From contig NW_025767088.1 of assembly GCF_003918875.1 (NCBI RefSeq), positions 372,001 through 436,000 of the forward strand: a stretch of 64,000 nt of DNA. Reading direction: 5' to 3'. The position numbers and the translations under genes are program-made. Under the pieces are notes generated by a model. The model saw only the letters and a list, made by a program, of their open reading frames with translations. It ran no database searches and was not told the DNA's origin. This document shows positions 63,821 to 64,000 of the stretch, piece by piece; position 1 is the stretch's first letter; every line of letters begins with the position of its first letter. The stretch is from Haliotis rubra (lineage: Eukaryota).

Positions 63821-64000
63821 GTTATGGATGGGGTCTTTAAAGGACCCAGCTTGAAATGGGGATTGAATAGTCTTGGCATTAACTATGCATCAGCTTCAGT
63901 TTGTGGTGGATTCCCATAAAGAGAATGTCAAACTGCTGTGGCAGTTTCCTACAGATATAACTAGGTGATGATAAGCAATAATACACCATCACAGATTATT

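Overview
AT-rich eukaryotic (animal) genomic DNA. The repeat content suggests a mollusc, possibly a gastropod such as abalone (inference only). There are two assembly gaps (27849-28255, 28526-28671). The only confidently recognisable host gene is BNIP3/NIX-like on the + strand, which the ORF track misses as a gene. Three coding exons (32390-32432, 50748-50901, 60796-60856; GT-AG introns of about 18.3 and 9.9 kb; phases 1/2/0) splice to MASTQRPDQSEDLNDSWVELQNQAMAAGEPVPSVYNGNLEKLLIEAQRESRTPSRPNSKESSARGSPKSPHSPNSEWAASDWRSRT, and the gene continues beyond the window. Upstream lie three clusters of HRE/E-box/CLEAR-like motifs plus CRE and forkhead sites. The rest is a dense mobile-element and minisatellite landscape. 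It includes two abundant SINE families sharing a 3' stem-loop tail (one tRNA-derived, one with a non-tRNA structured 5' end), single Meta-like and CORE-like SINEs, a decayed Tc1 transposase, an I/Nimb-clade LINE ORF2 fragment, a Penelope-like hammerhead relic, and MITEs with 9-bp, 8-bp, TA and TAA/CWG target duplications. Tandem arrays have units of about 20, 25, 37, 39, 59 and 78 bp. Most long ORFs in the track are artefacts of tandem repeats or gaps, and there is no CRISPR array. The most interesting leads are: a covarying 5' pseudoknot in the non-tRNA SINE; a shared 11-bp-stem/19-nt-loop TIR architecture in two unrelated 9-bp-TSD MITEs; the hypoxia/CLEAR motif clusters; and CpG decay restricted to the gene body.
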